A stretch of DNA of 64,000 bases from Octopus vulgaris (taxonomy: Eukaryota): positions 151,094,001-151,158,000 of the forward strand of contig OX597815.1 of the NCBI GenBank assembly GCA_951406725.2, written 5' to 3'. A program made the translations under genes and the position numbers. Under the pieces are notes generated by a model that saw only the letters and a list, made by a program, of their open reading frames with translations, searched no databases and was not told the DNA's origin. This document shows, piece after piece, positions 29,471-44,137 of the stretch (the first letter of the stretch is position 1; each line of letters opens with the position of its first letter).

Positions 29471-29984
29471 ACACAAAAAAAACACACATCATGATATCAA
29501 GAAATCTACAAGGACATAGAGTTTATGTAAATTTAAATGTGATGTTGGTGATTTTCTCTATGATAAAATTATTTCCAAGAATTACTGTGGTGCAACTGTA
29601 AATCCAGCATAGCTGATTCTACCATTTATAAAACCATTTCCAGAAATTACTGTTGTATAATTTTAAATCCAGTGTTGATGATTTTATCAGTTATAAAATT
29701 ATTCCCAAGACCCTTTATAACTTACTGCAAAATGCGTGGACAATTGCCATTAACAAGTACTTCACTTTGAAAATGGCAATTGTGAAGTTCTTGAAATAGC
29801 AACACACTAATGGATTGTGGAAAATTACTATAAAGTAATTCCAAACAAAACACAAAGGACTAATAAAGAAATACGCAAAAATATAACTGATACAAAATAT
29901 CAAAGTTGGACGTAGGTTTGCTTTATAATATAATATGCTTGAAAAAAAAGCTGTTTATATAAATATATGTATATGTATGAATAA

Positions 29985-31715
29985 ACATGGCATGGCTGTG
30001 TGGTAAGAATCTCGTTTCCCAACTACATGGTCCTAGGTTCAGTCTCATTGCATGAAACCTTGGGCAAGTGTCTTCTACGATAGCCTCAGGTCACACAAAA
30101 CTCGTAAGAGGATTTTGTAGGTGGAAACTGAAAGAAGCTAGTTACATGTGTGTGTCTTTGTGTTTTTGAGTGTATGTGTGTCCCCCACCATTGCTTGACT
30201 ACTTGTGGAGGTGTGTTTATATCACACACACATAAAACATTCACATCCCTCCCTTTTACATACCTGGCATCCATGCTAGTGGAGTGCTAAGAGCACCATT
30301 CGAGCGTGATCGTTACCGTGCCGGTGGCATATAAAAGGCACCATTCGAGCATGATTATTACCAGCGTCGCCTTACTGGCACGTGAAAAAAACATTCGAGC
30401 GAGGTTGTTGCCAGTGCCGTTGGACTGGCTCCAGTGCAGGTGGCATGTAAAAAACACCATTTGAGCATGGCCGCTGCCAGTACCGCCTGACTGGCCCTCG
30501 TGCCAGTGACATGTAAAAGCACCCACTACACTCTTGGAGTAGTTGGCATTAGGAGGGGCATCCAGCTGTAGAAACTCTGCCAGATCAGATTGGAGCCTGG
30601 TGCAGCCATCTGGTTTGCCAGACCTCAGTCAAATCGTCCAACCCATGCTAGCATGGCAAGCGGATGCTAAATGATGATGATGATGACACATACTCACACA
30701 GAGTTGAAATGCTCCCACTACCATGTTTGCCATCGACCCTTCCTTCCTTCCTTATTCACCTATCACCCTTTCCTTTCTCATTCATATGTTGTGACAGAGA
30801 AAAACACAAGAGTATTATTATAGTAGATTATCTTAAGGTGATGAGTTGGCTGAATTGTTAGCACACACCAGGCAAAATGTTTAACAGCATTTCATCCATG
30901 TTCACATTCTGAGTTCAAATTCCACCAAGGTTGACTTTGCCTTTCAGCCTTTTGGGGTCGATTAAAATAAAGTACTAGTTGAACACCGGGGTTAATGTGA
31001 TTGACTTACCCTCTCCCCGAAAATTGGTGGCCTTGTGGCAAAATCTGAAATCATTACCTATGCGTTTTTGTGGGGAGGGGGCCAGTTGATTAGATCAACC
31101 CCAATACACAACTGGTACTTAATTTATCTAACCCGAAAGGTCTAAATATCTTCTTGAAGAGCAATTTAAAATATGAATTAATATTGGTATAAACCAGGAC
31201 ACAAAACAATATAAACGGCACCATTAATTATCAACATCATCATCATCATCATCATCAACAACATCCTTTCAACAGCCATATTTTTTTTTTAATATATAAC
31301 TTATACTTGTTTCACTCATTGGATGGCAGCCATGCCGAGGCAACACACTGAAGGGTTTTAGTTGCACAAATCAACCCTGGCCCCTTTTTTCCAAGTCTGA
31401 TATGTATTCCATTGTCTCTTTTGCTGAACCATTCAGTTACGGAGACATAAACAAACCAACACTGGTCGTCAAGCAGTGGCAAGGGGGTGACTGGCACTAA
31501 CACAGCGACATACATAAGTAGACATACATCATCACCATCAATTAACGTTTGTTTGTCTATGCTGGCATGGGTTGGACAGGTGTCTACCAAATTCACTCAC
31601 AAGGCACTGGTTGACCTGCAGCTGTAGTAGAAGACGCTTGCCCAAGGGTTGTGCAGGAGGACTGAACCAGAAACTACATGGTTGCAAAGCAAATTTTTTA
31701 ACCACACAGCCACGT
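29985..31715. mobile_element. Cluster of SINE A, family C (GAT-tailed) and SINE B fragments
   Basis: A at 29985-30215 (+), C at 30280-30686, B at 30835-31140, A at 31305-31715 (-), by similarity to other copies in the window. Confidence 0.75.
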
Positions 31716-32119
31716 CTGCACTTAGTTTCTTAGCAACACAGTCATGGCTGTGCCTTTGTGTGCATGTGCGTGCATGTGTGTGTGTGTGCGTGTGCATGCG
31801 CACATGTGTGTGTGTTTGTTTGTTTTGCTAATACAATAAAGTTGCACCCCTTCATTGATGACAATGTAAACAGTGGAATTATTTAAGTGAAAAACCACAA
31901 CAGAAGCAATATAAACTCCAGCATGAATAAACAAAAAGACAAAATCATTAAAAATCGTTTTAGTTTTTATGGAGGGGGGGAACAAATATATAAAATAGAA
32001 TTGAATCCTGTCCATGTTGATATTTCATTTAATTTAATATTTCTTTGTTTATTTGACTGGTTCATTAATATGAAATTAGAAAAATTTTTTGTGTTTCTAT
32101 TTTTTTTTTTAATATTATA

Positions 32120-33170
32120 AGCGCAGGAGTGGTTGTGTGGTAAGTAGCTTGCTTACCAACCACATGGCCCCGGGTTCAGTCCCACTGCATGGCACCTTGG
32201 GCAAGTGTCTTCTACTATAACCTCAGGCCAACCAAAGACTTGTGAGTGGATTTGGTAGATGGAAACTGGAAGAAGCCCGTCGTATATGTATATATGCATA
32301 TATATATGTATATGTGTGTGTGTGTATGTTTGTCCAGCCAGCAACGCTTGACAACCGATGCTGGTGTGTTTACGTCCCCATAACTTAGCAGTTCAGCAAA
32401 ACAGATCAATAGAATAAGTACTGGGCTTACAAAAATAAGCTCTGAGGTCAATTTGCTCAACTATAAAGGCGGTGCTCCAGCTTGGCTGCAGTCAAATGAC
32501 TGAAACAAGTAAAACAGTAAAGAGTATTTGTTGGCAGAAATGGTAGCATGCTGGGCAAAATGCTTGGCGGTATTTCGTCTGCCTTTACATTCTGAGTTCA
32601 AATTCCGCCAAGGTCGACTTTGCCTTTCATCCTTTCAGGGTCGGTAAATTAAGTACCAGTTGCATACTGGAGTTGATTTAATCGACAGGCCCCCACCCCA
32701 AAAGATTTCTGGCCTTCTGCCTAGAGTAGAAAAGAATATTTGCTAGCTTTAAGGCAGTGAGCTGGCAGAAATGTCAGCATAATGGGCAAAGTGTTTAGTG
32801 GTATTTTGTCAGCTGTTATGTTCTGAGTTCAAATTCCACTGAGGTCGACTTTGCCTTTCATCCTTTCAGGGTCAATTAAATAAGTACCAGTTACACACTG
32901 GAGTTGATGTAATCAACTCAATCCCTTTATTTGTCCTTGTTTGTCCCCTCTAGGTTTAGCCCCCTGTGGGCAAGAAAGAAAGAAATATTTGTTGGCAGAA
33001 TTGTGAGCACGCCAGTCAAAATGCTTAGCAGCATGGCATCTGTCGTTACATTCTGAGTTCAAATTCCACTGAGGTCAATTTGCTTTTCATCCTTTCAGGG
33101 TCGATGTTACTGACTCACTCATCCCTTTTCTCAAAATTGCTGGCCTTGTGCTAAAATTTGAAATCAGTAT
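32120..33170 (+). mobile_element. Full SINE A (32120-32525) followed by three SINE B copies
   Basis: Family-diagnostic blocks as above. Confidence 0.85.
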
Positions 33171-33258
33171 TTAGTGGTGTTGGGATGATTGGAGTTGGAG
33201 GTGCAGGAGAGGAAATGATGAGGTTGAGATGAAAGAATGATGGAGTCTAGAGAATATT

Positions 33259-33577
33259 TTACAGTATTTGGCTGCTGCTACTGCTGCAACTGCATCTTCT
33301 GCTCATCCTTTTTGATCCAAATCTCACTGGATTATCAGGAGTGGAAGAGCGGTTGCAGTCAGGTGAAGTGGAGTGGAATGAGTTGATGATGAGATGATTT
33401 CTGTTTTGCCATTGATCGTTCCGATTGATAAAAGCTCTCATCGCTTCCTCAATGCCATCTGTCAAACGAGGCCCACTTTCTTTGAAATGAGACAATTCGG
33501 GGCAGTGCTTTTGACAGTGATAATTCAGCACAGCTGACTGGACATTGAGTTTGTTTTGTGGGCAGTGCTTTTCGGCA
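33259..33577 (-). CDS. Candidate terminal coding exon (105 aa, two KHCP motifs, Ser-rich end)
   Basis: TTTGCTGCCAG acceptor-like site followed by a non-repetitive open frame AEKHCPQNK...SSQIL*. Confidence 0.35.
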
Positions 33578-34279
33578 CTGGCAGCAAACACATACACAGA
33601 TACAAAGAAATATACGCAGAGAGAGAGAGAGAGAGATGCATTGCAATACATTCGTTGAAAACAAACTACGTAAACACCTTCCATCTCCTCAAACACATAT
33701 GCAGTGAGAGAGAGAGAAAGAGAGTGCCATTACACATATAAACACAACTACATGCTCACACACATAAACAGAACAGGGGAAAGAGAAAGAGAAATAGAAA
33801 AATTTATTAATTGAATATGACTGAAATAATCAGGTTTCCTTCCCTTTATTACACATAGAGAAATATAGTCACACATATAAACAGAGAGAGAGAGAGAGAG
33901 AGAGACATTATAATTAATTAATTGAATATGACAGACATTGCTGTGGAGAGTAGCATGTCGAAAGAACAGACCCAACGTTTCCTTTGTGTGCTGCAAGAAC
34001 TGACTAAAAGAGGCTGAGGTTAGATTCGCATTCTGACCTCGTAAAACCATCACCAGCAACAACTACCCAAAACACAGACCCATAGATTGGACGATTGTCG
34101 CCTGAGTGGCACAAAGCAGTCGTCCACCATGAGTAGGGAATCACCAACAAATGGTAGATGTAGCAACACCCCACCCACTGACATATACACTTTCCTGCTG
34201 TTTCAATAGAATTTTACTGATGTGTCTGTGTTCTATTCGGTCCCATAACTAATTTGTGGTGTGTGTGTCTGTCGGTCAT

Positions 34280-34735
34280 CGTCATCATCATCATTTAACA
34301 TTTGTTTTCAATGCTGGCATGGGTCAGACAGTCTGGCAGGAGCTGGGATGGCTTGGGGCTGCACCAGACCTCATTGTCTGTTTTGGTATGGTTTCAATGG
34401 CTGAATGACTTTCCTAATACCAACTACTTCGCGGAGTGTACTAACCGTTTTTTACAATGGTACCATTACCAGTGCTTTTTATGAGGTGCCATCAAGAAAA
34501 AGAGAAATGCATGTGCATATGTGTGTGTGTGTATGTCTATGTATATACATATAAACATATATATGTGTGTGTATGTGTGTATATATATGTGTGTGCATGT
34601 ATATATTATATCCAGCCATAAAACCCATGCCAAATCAGACTGGAGTCTGGTGCAGCCCCTCAACTTACCAGCTCTGGTTAAACTAGATTAAATTATGATT
34701 ATGGTTAAATTATGATGATGATGATGACGATATGC

Positions 34736-34769
<34 letters not shown>

Positions 34770-34955
34770 TCATCATCATCATCGTTTAACGTCCGCTTTC
34801 CATGCTGGCATGGGTTGGACGGTTTGACTGGGGATGGGCAAGCCAGGAGGCAGCACTAGGCTCCAATCTGATCTGGCAATGTTTCTACAGCTGGATACCC
34901 TTCCTAACGCCAACCACTCCAAGAGTGTTGTGGGTGCTTTTTATGTGCCACCGAA
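34280..34955. mobile_element. Family C repeat fragments
   Basis: (CAT)n-TTAACGTCCGCTTTCCATGCTGGCATGGGTTGGACGG..CCTTCCTAACGCCAACC. Confidence 0.75.
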
Positions 34956-35329
34956 TGACTTACTTTCCAATGATATTCCATGTAACTCAAGCACTGCTGG
35001 ATTAGAGAACTCAAAAAAAAAAAGAACCCGCAGGAAAAAAATTCTACGTCGCAAAAATGGTTATACACGGGCATAAATCCTGTAAATCTAGGGATGCTGC
35101 TAACATTGGAAGGAAGTGCAACCTCACTTTGGCTTGTGACCATTACATCACATAACATTTCATGATTTATGCTTTCACAATGCATGAGTAAGAGCTGCCT
35201 GCAAAATACTTAACAAACAAAAGGGACAGAGAAGCCCTTAAACTTCACCTCCCAATATTGTTTCCGTTGCATTTTCTCTGGAAAATATTACATATTTGAT
35301 TGGCAGCAGCCTCCAAATATGTCACCAGA

Positions 35330-35713
35330 GTACTGTTTTCCAATGCGGCATTTTGTAGTTGTTAAAGCAATATACAATGCTATCCATAGAAAAGACAACG
35401 TAGGCATGAATACAGAAAAGAATTTTGCTGTTGAATACATCCATTCATATCAACACAAGGTATATTGGTAAAAGATTCCTCTCAAAACTTCTGTCAAATG
35501 TAAGAGGCCAGATATAATTGTTTGGGGCAGAAAAGGGCAAAAAAGCACCGTGTGAAGCTAATGATGTTTAGCTTCACAGAAGATGTGATTATTTCTTTCA
35601 AAATTAATGAGAAAAAGAATCTCAACAAACAACTGTCTTGCAATCTACAGTTTCTTTCAACACAAAAGTTAAATTCACTTTTTTACCAATAATTATTGGT
35701 GAACTTGGCTACA
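35330..35713 (+). mobile_element. Degenerate RLE-type non-LTR fragment
   Basis: RPDIIVW..LQFL..LPIIIGELGY remnants paralleling 57833-58082. Confidence 0.55.
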
Positions 35714-35940
35714 TTAACCCTTTCATCACCAACCCGGCTGAAACCAGATCTGGCTCTGAGTACAAATGTCTTGTTTTCATAAGTTTTAAATTAAAATCTT
35801 CCACCAAACCTTAGTCACTATTTATGTTCCTAACACTAGCTTAATGATAACTAAGTTATTTTACTAAATTCTTTGTTATATTTAAAGTAATTGAAACAAA
35901 CAGAGAGCATCTCAAAATGAATACAGTAACAAAAGAGTTA
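35714..35940. mobile_element. piggyBac-like MITE
   Basis: Starts TTAACCCTTTCATCAC and ends GTAACAAAAGAGTTA (degenerate TIR, TTAA-type end). Confidence 0.5.
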
Positions 35941-36284
35941 CGTAAATGTCAAAGTGGAAATTTAAACAAAAAAAAACAGGAAAGGCAGACGGTAAGCAAA
36001 GAATGTGACACACACATACAAATCCACATGGAAAATGTGAGTGGAACAATAAAAATATGTAAGACTTTTATGAAGTTCAACATGTAAGTTGTCATTGTAG
36101 CTGTTAGCTAAATACAGACACACACATACAAATATACATGAATACATATACGTGTGTGCATGTATGTGTGAGTGTATATACATGTATAACTGTGTACTAC
36201 TGCAAGTGCAATGGAATGATTACATACATATAAATATGCATGTGTATGTGTGTATGTATACATATATATATGTATATACATGTA

Positions 36285-36568
36285 AAAAGCATGATTCAAG
36301 CATGATTGTTGCCAGTGCTGGTGGCACATAAAAAGCACCATTCAAGTGTGGCCAATGCAGTACCGACTGACTGGCCTGCGTGCCAGTGGCACGTAAAAAG
36401 TACCCACTACACTCTCAGAATGGTTGGCGTTAGGAAGGGCATCCAACTGTAGAAACTCTGGTCGATCAGATTGGAACCTGGTGCAGCCATCTGGTTTGCC
36501 AGTCCTCAGTCAAACTCCCCAACCCATGCCAGCATGGAAAGCGGATGTTAAATGATGATGATGATGAT
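36285..36568 (+). mobile_element. Family C repeat with (GAT)n tail
   Basis: Matches 45725-45898. Confidence 0.8.
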
Positions 36569-37239
36569 ATATATCTATATATGAGTGTATATATGTGCGT
36601 GCCTTTGTGCGACAAGATGTATGCTTATGTGGCTGTATATACCTATGCTTGTACAAGCTTGTATGTATGCATCCATATAAATAGATAGATGCACGTATAC
36701 TGAATGATATACATACATATATAAATAAACGACAAATTCTAGCGGGTGGAGAGGAGGGAGGGAAAGGTTGGAAGAAAGGGCAAACCTAGGAATAAACAAT
36801 TTTTATAAAAAACAAAAAAAAATAAACAAACAAAAAAACACGAAAACACAAAAAAAAAACTTTTTCAATGCAGAAACTAATTTGATTGAACCACATTTCA
36901 ACACACACCCACACACACACATGCGCAATCATTTTTTTTCACCCTTTTCTCTCTCTCAATCTTCTCAACCCCCCCCCCCACATACACACACACATACATA
37001 CATACACATACACTGCTCTCAAACATCCACCCACCCATCTCCCAGCTCACCAATATTTATGGGCGGGGCGCACAAAGAAAGTAGCAAAAAAAAATAAAAT
37101 GAAATAAAATAAAATCGAAAACCAAAAGCAAAAGAAACACACACACACCACAAATATTCCACCGCAAGGAGAAATCAATATCAGAAAGTAAATTGTAATA
37201 TCAAATAGCATACTGCTAAAAGATGCAACTGTCTTTACA

Positions 37240-37326
37240 AATTATCATTGTTGCCATTATTATTATTATCATTTTTTATTATTATTATTATCATTATCAT
37301 TTTTTATTATTATTATTATCATTATC

Positions 37327-37362
<36 letters not shown>

Positions 37363-37786
37363 CATTATTATTATCATTATTATTACTATCATTTTTATTA
37401 TTATTATCATCATTATTATTATTATTATCATTTTTATCATCATCATCATCATCATCATTATTATCATCATTATTATTATCATTGTGGTAGTCCGTGTTGT
37501 TATTATTATCATGGCTTTGTTATCATCATCATCATCATCATTATTATGATTATTATTATTATAAATAATATTACCATTATCAATAGTAGTAGTAGTGCTC
37601 TTTTAATGGCTGTTGTTGTCATTGGTTGGGGGGGGGGTCGAGGTGGTGTGTTTGTTGATTGTTATTATAAGTAACTGCCATTGTGATCATAATCATCGTC
37701 ATCATCATCATCATCATCACTGTTGTCACCATTATAAGCAATTATTATTGTCACTACTGCTTTACCTATTTATTATTATAATAATA

Positions 37787-37818
<32 letters not shown>

Positions 37819-38210
37819 ATATCATTGTTTTCTTTTCGTCAAAAATCATTATTTGCATCGTCATCACTATTATTATTACTACTACTACTACAAGAATAAT
37901 AATAATAATATTCATCATCATCATCATCAACAACAACAACGCCAACTGTATTATTTGTGTTATTAAAAAACAAAACAATAGCAACAGCAACAACAACAAC
38001 AACGGCACCAGTAACAATACAACAGTTAAATGAGCAAAGACATCCATTATTCATATCTGACTTAAGACCCAGAAGCCATATAATCAAATAGCTGGCAAAA
38101 TAAAATTAATAATAAAAACAACAATAGCAACAACAACAGTATTGGTGGTGGTGGTGGTGGCGGCGGCGGTGGTGGCGGCAGTGGTGTTGGTGGTGGTAGA
38201 GGCAGTGATA
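37240..38210. repeat. (ATT)/(CAT)/(CAA)/(GGT) trinucleotide low-complexity region
   Basis: Direct reading. Confidence 0.93.
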
Positions 38211-38391
38211 TATCTAAGATTGAAATTGTTAAACTTTCCACCTTGTAAATTTCCTCTAAATTACATAGCTGTACAGTTCACTCTCTTCCTTGTCTGTTGT
38301 CGCCATGACAGATATAAATATTGGATATCTGCCTGACTGTCTATCTGTCTGTCCGTCTGTCGATATGCCTGTGTGTGTGTGTGTGTGTGTA

Positions 38392-38453
<62 letters not shown>

Positions 38454-38929
38454 TATCTGTTGTAATGTGTGTATTTGTGTCTATATGTATGTCAGTTTAT
38501 AAGCATATATGCCAAAACATGACAACCCACACACACACACACACATATATATATATGCCTATATGTACGCATATCTATCAGCATTATGCACATACTTACA
38601 TACGTATGTAGCTTTATTTTCCATCTACTTGACTTCTTCTGACAAGAAACGAGTAGGTTTATAAGAAAGAAACAAATCTCCACCATTGGATATTTGGATA
38701 ACAACAATAAGAGTTACATGTACTTTAGAAAAGACTCGCATACTTTTAGTGTTCCACTTACAGATTATATTTGCAAAGTGCATGTGTGTGTGTGTGTGTT
38801 AGCTGATCACATTCCTTAAATCTGAAAATCTTAGCTTTTGCAGATTGTCACGTAGCTATTTACTAACATGGTCCATGGGCACCCATAATTATTGGCATAA
38901 ATGAAAACCTGATAAGTATGGAAGACTAC

Positions 38930-39960
38930 GTGTGTATCGAACTCGAGAGGTTAATGAGATACGTAGCCCAAAGTAAGGATACCTTGCTAGTGGCAGTTAG
39001 GAATGAGAGAATATTGAGAGCAGAGTAAAAAAGGAAAAACAAAGGAAGAAGAAGTATAAAAAGAACATGAAGAAGAATTACAGAACAAGAGACTACACAA
39101 TCAATTCCATGTAGCCACAACAGAAGTTGCTGCAAAAAATAGGTGGGAATGGCTGAAGGAAGGAACACTGTAAAAAGAGATTGAGAGCACTATACTGGTA
39201 GTGCAAGACCAAGCTTTGGCCATGAACTGGAGGGTCAACCTTAAGAACGAGCAAGTGTCTCTGCTGTGCTGCATCTGAAATAGAGTGGATGATATCATTG
39301 CCCATTTCACGAACGAATGCCCTAGACTTGCTCAAAACCACTACAAGTTGTGGCGACATGATCAGGTAATGAAAGTGCTACATTGGAAACTGAGTGAAAA
39401 GTGGGGGATAGAGAGAAGCAAGACATAGTATGAGGACAAACTGTAGAAAGTGGTGCATTCAGAGACTAGCAAAATCCTCTGGGATTTCCCAATCCAAACA
39501 GACCAGGTGCTAGAGCATAACAGACCAGACCTAGTGGACAACGTGCACCACATATGCTATATAGTTGATGTTGCATGCCCCTTTGACCCACAAATAGTCA
39601 AGAGGGAAGGTGTAAAGATACATAGATACAACCCTCTTAAATACGCAATAGTCTGGCTATGGAAAATGAAGAAGGTGAAAATAGTGCCAATTATTGTTGA
39701 GTCAAGGTGTCTGGTCTCTCCACCACCATTACCACCATCACCACCACTATCGTATAACCATTAACGCCACTAAACCTTCAAGGTTTCTGGTCTTTCCACC
39801 ACCACCACACAGACATACATATGCGCATACGTATGCACAGATCAGAAGGCATCAAGAGGAATATAAAAGAAATTGGAATAGAGTGCCTCCTTGCCTCTAG
39901 AATAATCTGGAAAGTATTAGATAATTAAAAAACATCAAACAGCATGGCTGCAGGTAGTAA
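38930..39960 (+). mobile_element. Degenerate R4/Dong-type RLE non-LTR 3' fragment
   Basis: ECPRLAQNHYKLWRHDQV..LHWKL, KILWDFPIQTD..HNRPDLV..DVACPFD..RYNPL..KIVPIIV; followed by a (TAA)n run. Confidence 0.85.
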
Positions 39961-39966
39961 GCCTGC

Positions 39967-40009
<43 letters not shown>

Positions 40010-40012
<3 letters not shown>

Positions 40013-40245
40013 CCTTTCTGTTATAAGCACAAGGCCTGAAATTTGGTGGGAGAGGATGAGTTGATCACATCGTACCCAGTACACAACTGGTACTCATTTT
40101 ATCAACCCTGTAAAGATGAAAGGCAAAGTCAACTTCAGCGGAATCTGAACTCAGAACATAGTAACAGGCGAAATACCACTAAGCATTTCGTCCAGCATGC
40201 TAACAATTCTGCCAGTTCACCACTTTAATGATAATAACGATAATG

Positions 40246-40283
<38 letters not shown>

Positions 40284-41055
40284 TAATCTTTTCTACTCTA
40301 GACAAAAGGCCCAAAATTTGTGGCGGGGGCAGTCGATTAGATCGACTCCAGTACGCAACTGGTACTTAATCTATTGACCCCGAAAGGATGAAAGGCAAAG
40401 TCAACCTCTGCAGAATTTGAACTCAGAACGTAAAGACAGATGAAATACCGCTAAACATTTCGCCCAGCGTGCTAATGATTCTGCCGGCTCACCGCCTTAA
40501 TAATAATGATGATGATGATGATGATGATGAAGGCTTCAAATTTTGGGCACAAAGCCAATTTATTTTGGGAAAGGAGATGAGTTGATTACATCAACCCCAG
40601 TGCTCAACTGGTATTTATTTTATTGACCCTGAAATGGTAAAAGTCAACCTTGATGAAATTTGAACTCGGAACATAAAGACAAAAATGAAATGCCATGAAA
40701 CATTTTGCCTGGCATTCTAACAATTCTACAAGCCCACTGCCTTGATGATGATGATGATGATGAAGATGATGATGTTGACGATGATGTTGATGATGATGAT
40801 GATGATGATGATGATGAGGTTGATGATAAATAATAATGGTTTCTGATATAGGCACAAGGCCAGTAATTTTAAGGGAAGAGGTTTAATCAATTCCAACAAC
40901 CCTAGTACTCAACTGGTACTCTAGTTTGTTGATCCTGGCGAGACGAAAGGCAAAGTTGCCCCAATCAGGATTTGAACTCAGAATGTAAAAAAGCCAGAAG
41001 AAATGTAACTGAGGATTTTGTCCAACACTAATAATTCTATCAGCTCACCCTTTAG
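40010..41055 (-). mobile_element. Four SINE B copies separated by (TAA)/(TGA) runs
   Basis: Family B block on the minus strand at ~40010, 40288, 40530 and 40838. Confidence 0.82.
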
Positions 41056-41644
41056 ATGATGATGATGATGATGATTGTGATGATAGTGGTGATGATGATG
41101 GTGGTGATAATAATAGTGATGATGATGATGATAATCGTGATGATGATTATGATGATAGTGATGATGATGATGATGATAATCGTGATGATGATAATCGCGT
41201 TGATGATTATGATAGTGATGATGATGATGATGATGATGGTGGTGGTGATAACAATAACAACACGACAAATTACGTCTACCAGTCTACCACGTACCCTTCC
41301 CCTCTACTCGTACGTGATGAAAAGAGGAGAGGAAAGTTACAAACCAGCCACTTTGTCACTCTATGACGGTTTTTGGTAAATTAAAGAATTAAAGAACTGG
41401 ACCAGTTCCAGAACAAATCTCAGAATAATATAACAACCAGATATGAAGAATCAACCAAAGAAAATTCAACCAATTTGAACTCTCAAAACAATGAGATGTT
41501 AGAACAAGACATTATCTAAAGAAGAGTTCAGAGACAGTCTGGCAGGCCAGCAACAACAACAACAACAACAACGACAAATTACCATCTTTCTTGCTCTGCT
41601 CTCCATCTATAAATGTTACCAGATTCATTTTTCTCTATTCTACA

Positions 41645-41930
41645 TCACCACCGCCATTACTATCATATCACTATTAACGCGACCAAACCTTCAAGGTTTC
41701 TGGTCTGTCCACCACCATCACCACCAGCACTATCGTATCACCATTAATGCCAGCAAACCTTCAAGGTTTTTGGTCTCTCCACCACCACCAGCACTATCGT
41801 ATCACCATTAATGCCAGCAAACCTTCAAGGTTTCTGGTCTCTCCACCACCATCACCACCACCAGCACTATCATATTACCATTAACGCCACCAAACCTTCA
41901 AGGTTTCTGGTCTCACCACCACCACCACAC
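41645..41930. repeat. Minisatellite, ~60-70 bp unit x4
   Basis: ATTAA(C/T)GC..CAAACCTTCAAGGTTT(C/T)TGGTCT.. occurs four times with variable (CAC)n. Confidence 0.9.
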
Positions 41931-42127
41931 AGACATACATGTGCGCATACGTATGCACATATACATACACACATACATACATATGCAAACACACACATAC
42001 ATACATACATATGCACATATATACACACACACATACATACATAAATACATACACATACACACATACGTACATACATACATACACACATACATACACACAT
42101 AAATGCATACATACATACATACATACA

Positions 42128-42158
<31 letters not shown>

Positions 42159-42639
42159 TCGACTAATACTTTTGAATACCTAATACTTGGATCATCTTTA
42201 CATCTGGATTACCTCCCAGCATTATGTCACAACATTGAATTTTCTCTTGGAGTACATCAAATTCTTTGCTATTTATTATGTATACATACGTGTGTGTGTG
42301 TGTGTGTGTGTGTGTTCCTGCTCAGATGTCTGTCAATCTCTGAGTGTGTGTGTCTGTGAACATCTCTCTCATATTTCATCATCATCATCACCACCATCAT
42401 AATGACCACTTTTCCATACTTGCATGGATCACACAAAATTTGTTCCGGCAAATTTCCTATACCTGGGTGCCCTTCCCGTTGCCGACCCTCACCTGCTTCC
42501 AAGGAAGGTAATATTTCCCTGTGAACAGATGCTGTTTTCCTGGAAAACTGGATGTGCAGGACACCAACTGCATGATGGTGACATTTGTTTACAACTATTC
42601 ATGCAATGTCAAAGCAAGGAGACAGTAACACACACACAC

Positions 42640-43550
42640 ATCATCATCATTTAATGTCCATTTTCCAAGCTGGCATGGGTTGGACGGTTTGACTGAGGTC
42701 TGGAGAGCCAGCAGCTGCACCAGGCTCCAATCTGATCTGGTAATGTTTCTACAGCTGAATGCCCCTCCTAAAACCAACCACTCCGAGAGTATAGTGGTTG
42801 CTTTTTACGTGCCACTGGCACGGGAGCCAGTCAGGTGGGTACTGGCATCGGTCACATTTGGATGGTGCTTTTTATAGGCTACAGGCCAGTCACGGGATAC
42901 TGGCATCAATCATGTTTGGATAGTTCATTTTAGGTGCCACCAGCATGGGAGCTAGTCAGGGGAGGCTGGCATCGACCATGATCAGACGGCGCTTTCCATG
43001 TGTTGCCAGCACAGGAGCCAGTCATGCGGCCCTGGCATGAATAATGTTTAGTTAGTGCTTTTTAGGTGCCACCGGCACGGGAGCCAGTCAGGGGACACTG
43101 GCATCAACCAAGTTCAGATGATGCATTTTATGTGCCACCAGAATGGGAGGCAGTCGGGGGCATTAGCTACAGCTACCAATTTTTGGGAGATATATATATA
43201 TATCATCATCATCATCATCCTCATCATTATCATTTATCATCCATTATACATGCTGGCATGGGTTGGATGGAGCTAGTAAGCTGGGGAGCTGCACCAGACT
43301 CCATTCTGATTTCATATGGTTTCTACAGCCAGATGTCCTTCCTTCGCCAACCACTTCACAGAGCAGAGTGTACCAGGTGCTTTTATGTGGCAGCACCAAT
43401 ACTAGTGCATTTATGTTCTCATAACCCAGTGGTTCAGCAAAAGAGACCAATAGAATAATTACTAGGCTTACAAAGAATAAGTCCTGGGATTGATTTGCAC
43501 AACTAAAGACGGTGCTCCAGCATGGCTGCAGTCAAAATGACTGAAAGAAT
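42640..43550. mobile_element. Family C copies with internal ~62 bp repeats, plus a SINE A tail
   Basis: Repeated GTGCCACCGGCACGGGAGCCAGTCAGG..GGCATC units. Confidence 0.8.
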
Positions 43551-43591
43551 AAATATATATATATGTATGTATGTATATATAAATATGTATG

Positions 43592-43631
<40 letters not shown>

Positions 43632-43633
<2 letters not shown>

Positions 43634-44090
43634 TAGAAAGAACCACCTTTAATCAATTCAAAATGAACAATTAAATTACACCATCTAGAAAATTACATAT
43701 AGTAGAAATATTAAAATTAAAATAACAATAAAATACCTATAATTAAGTAAATTGCAAAAAAAAATAACATATATAACTGGTATATACATTTTTTTAGATT
43801 TAATTTAATTAGGTGGTATATTTATTATGTAGTATTAAATTTTAAGATAATTAGGTATTATATTAATTGATATTTAGTCAACTATATTATAGATTGATAT
43901 ATTAAATCTACAGAGACTACACATGTATATCAATTATATAGTTAGTTTATTTAATGAGTTTGTCTATATTTGAACCATTTCTTATTCTGATTACAATTTA
44001 ATGACGAGTACTAGCATTGTGTATATTAATTAATTTTAAAGTATTTAATAATTTAAGTATGGTTTTAGTTTTCACTTAATGTATATTTAG

Positions 44091-44137
<47 letters not shown>

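Noticed and set aside
33920-34200. Non-repetitive stretch with short frames on both strands
   Set aside because: No convincing splice-site pair or recognisable peptide.
37223-38210. Poly-Ile/His/Met ORFs
   Set aside because: Trinucleotide repeat translations.
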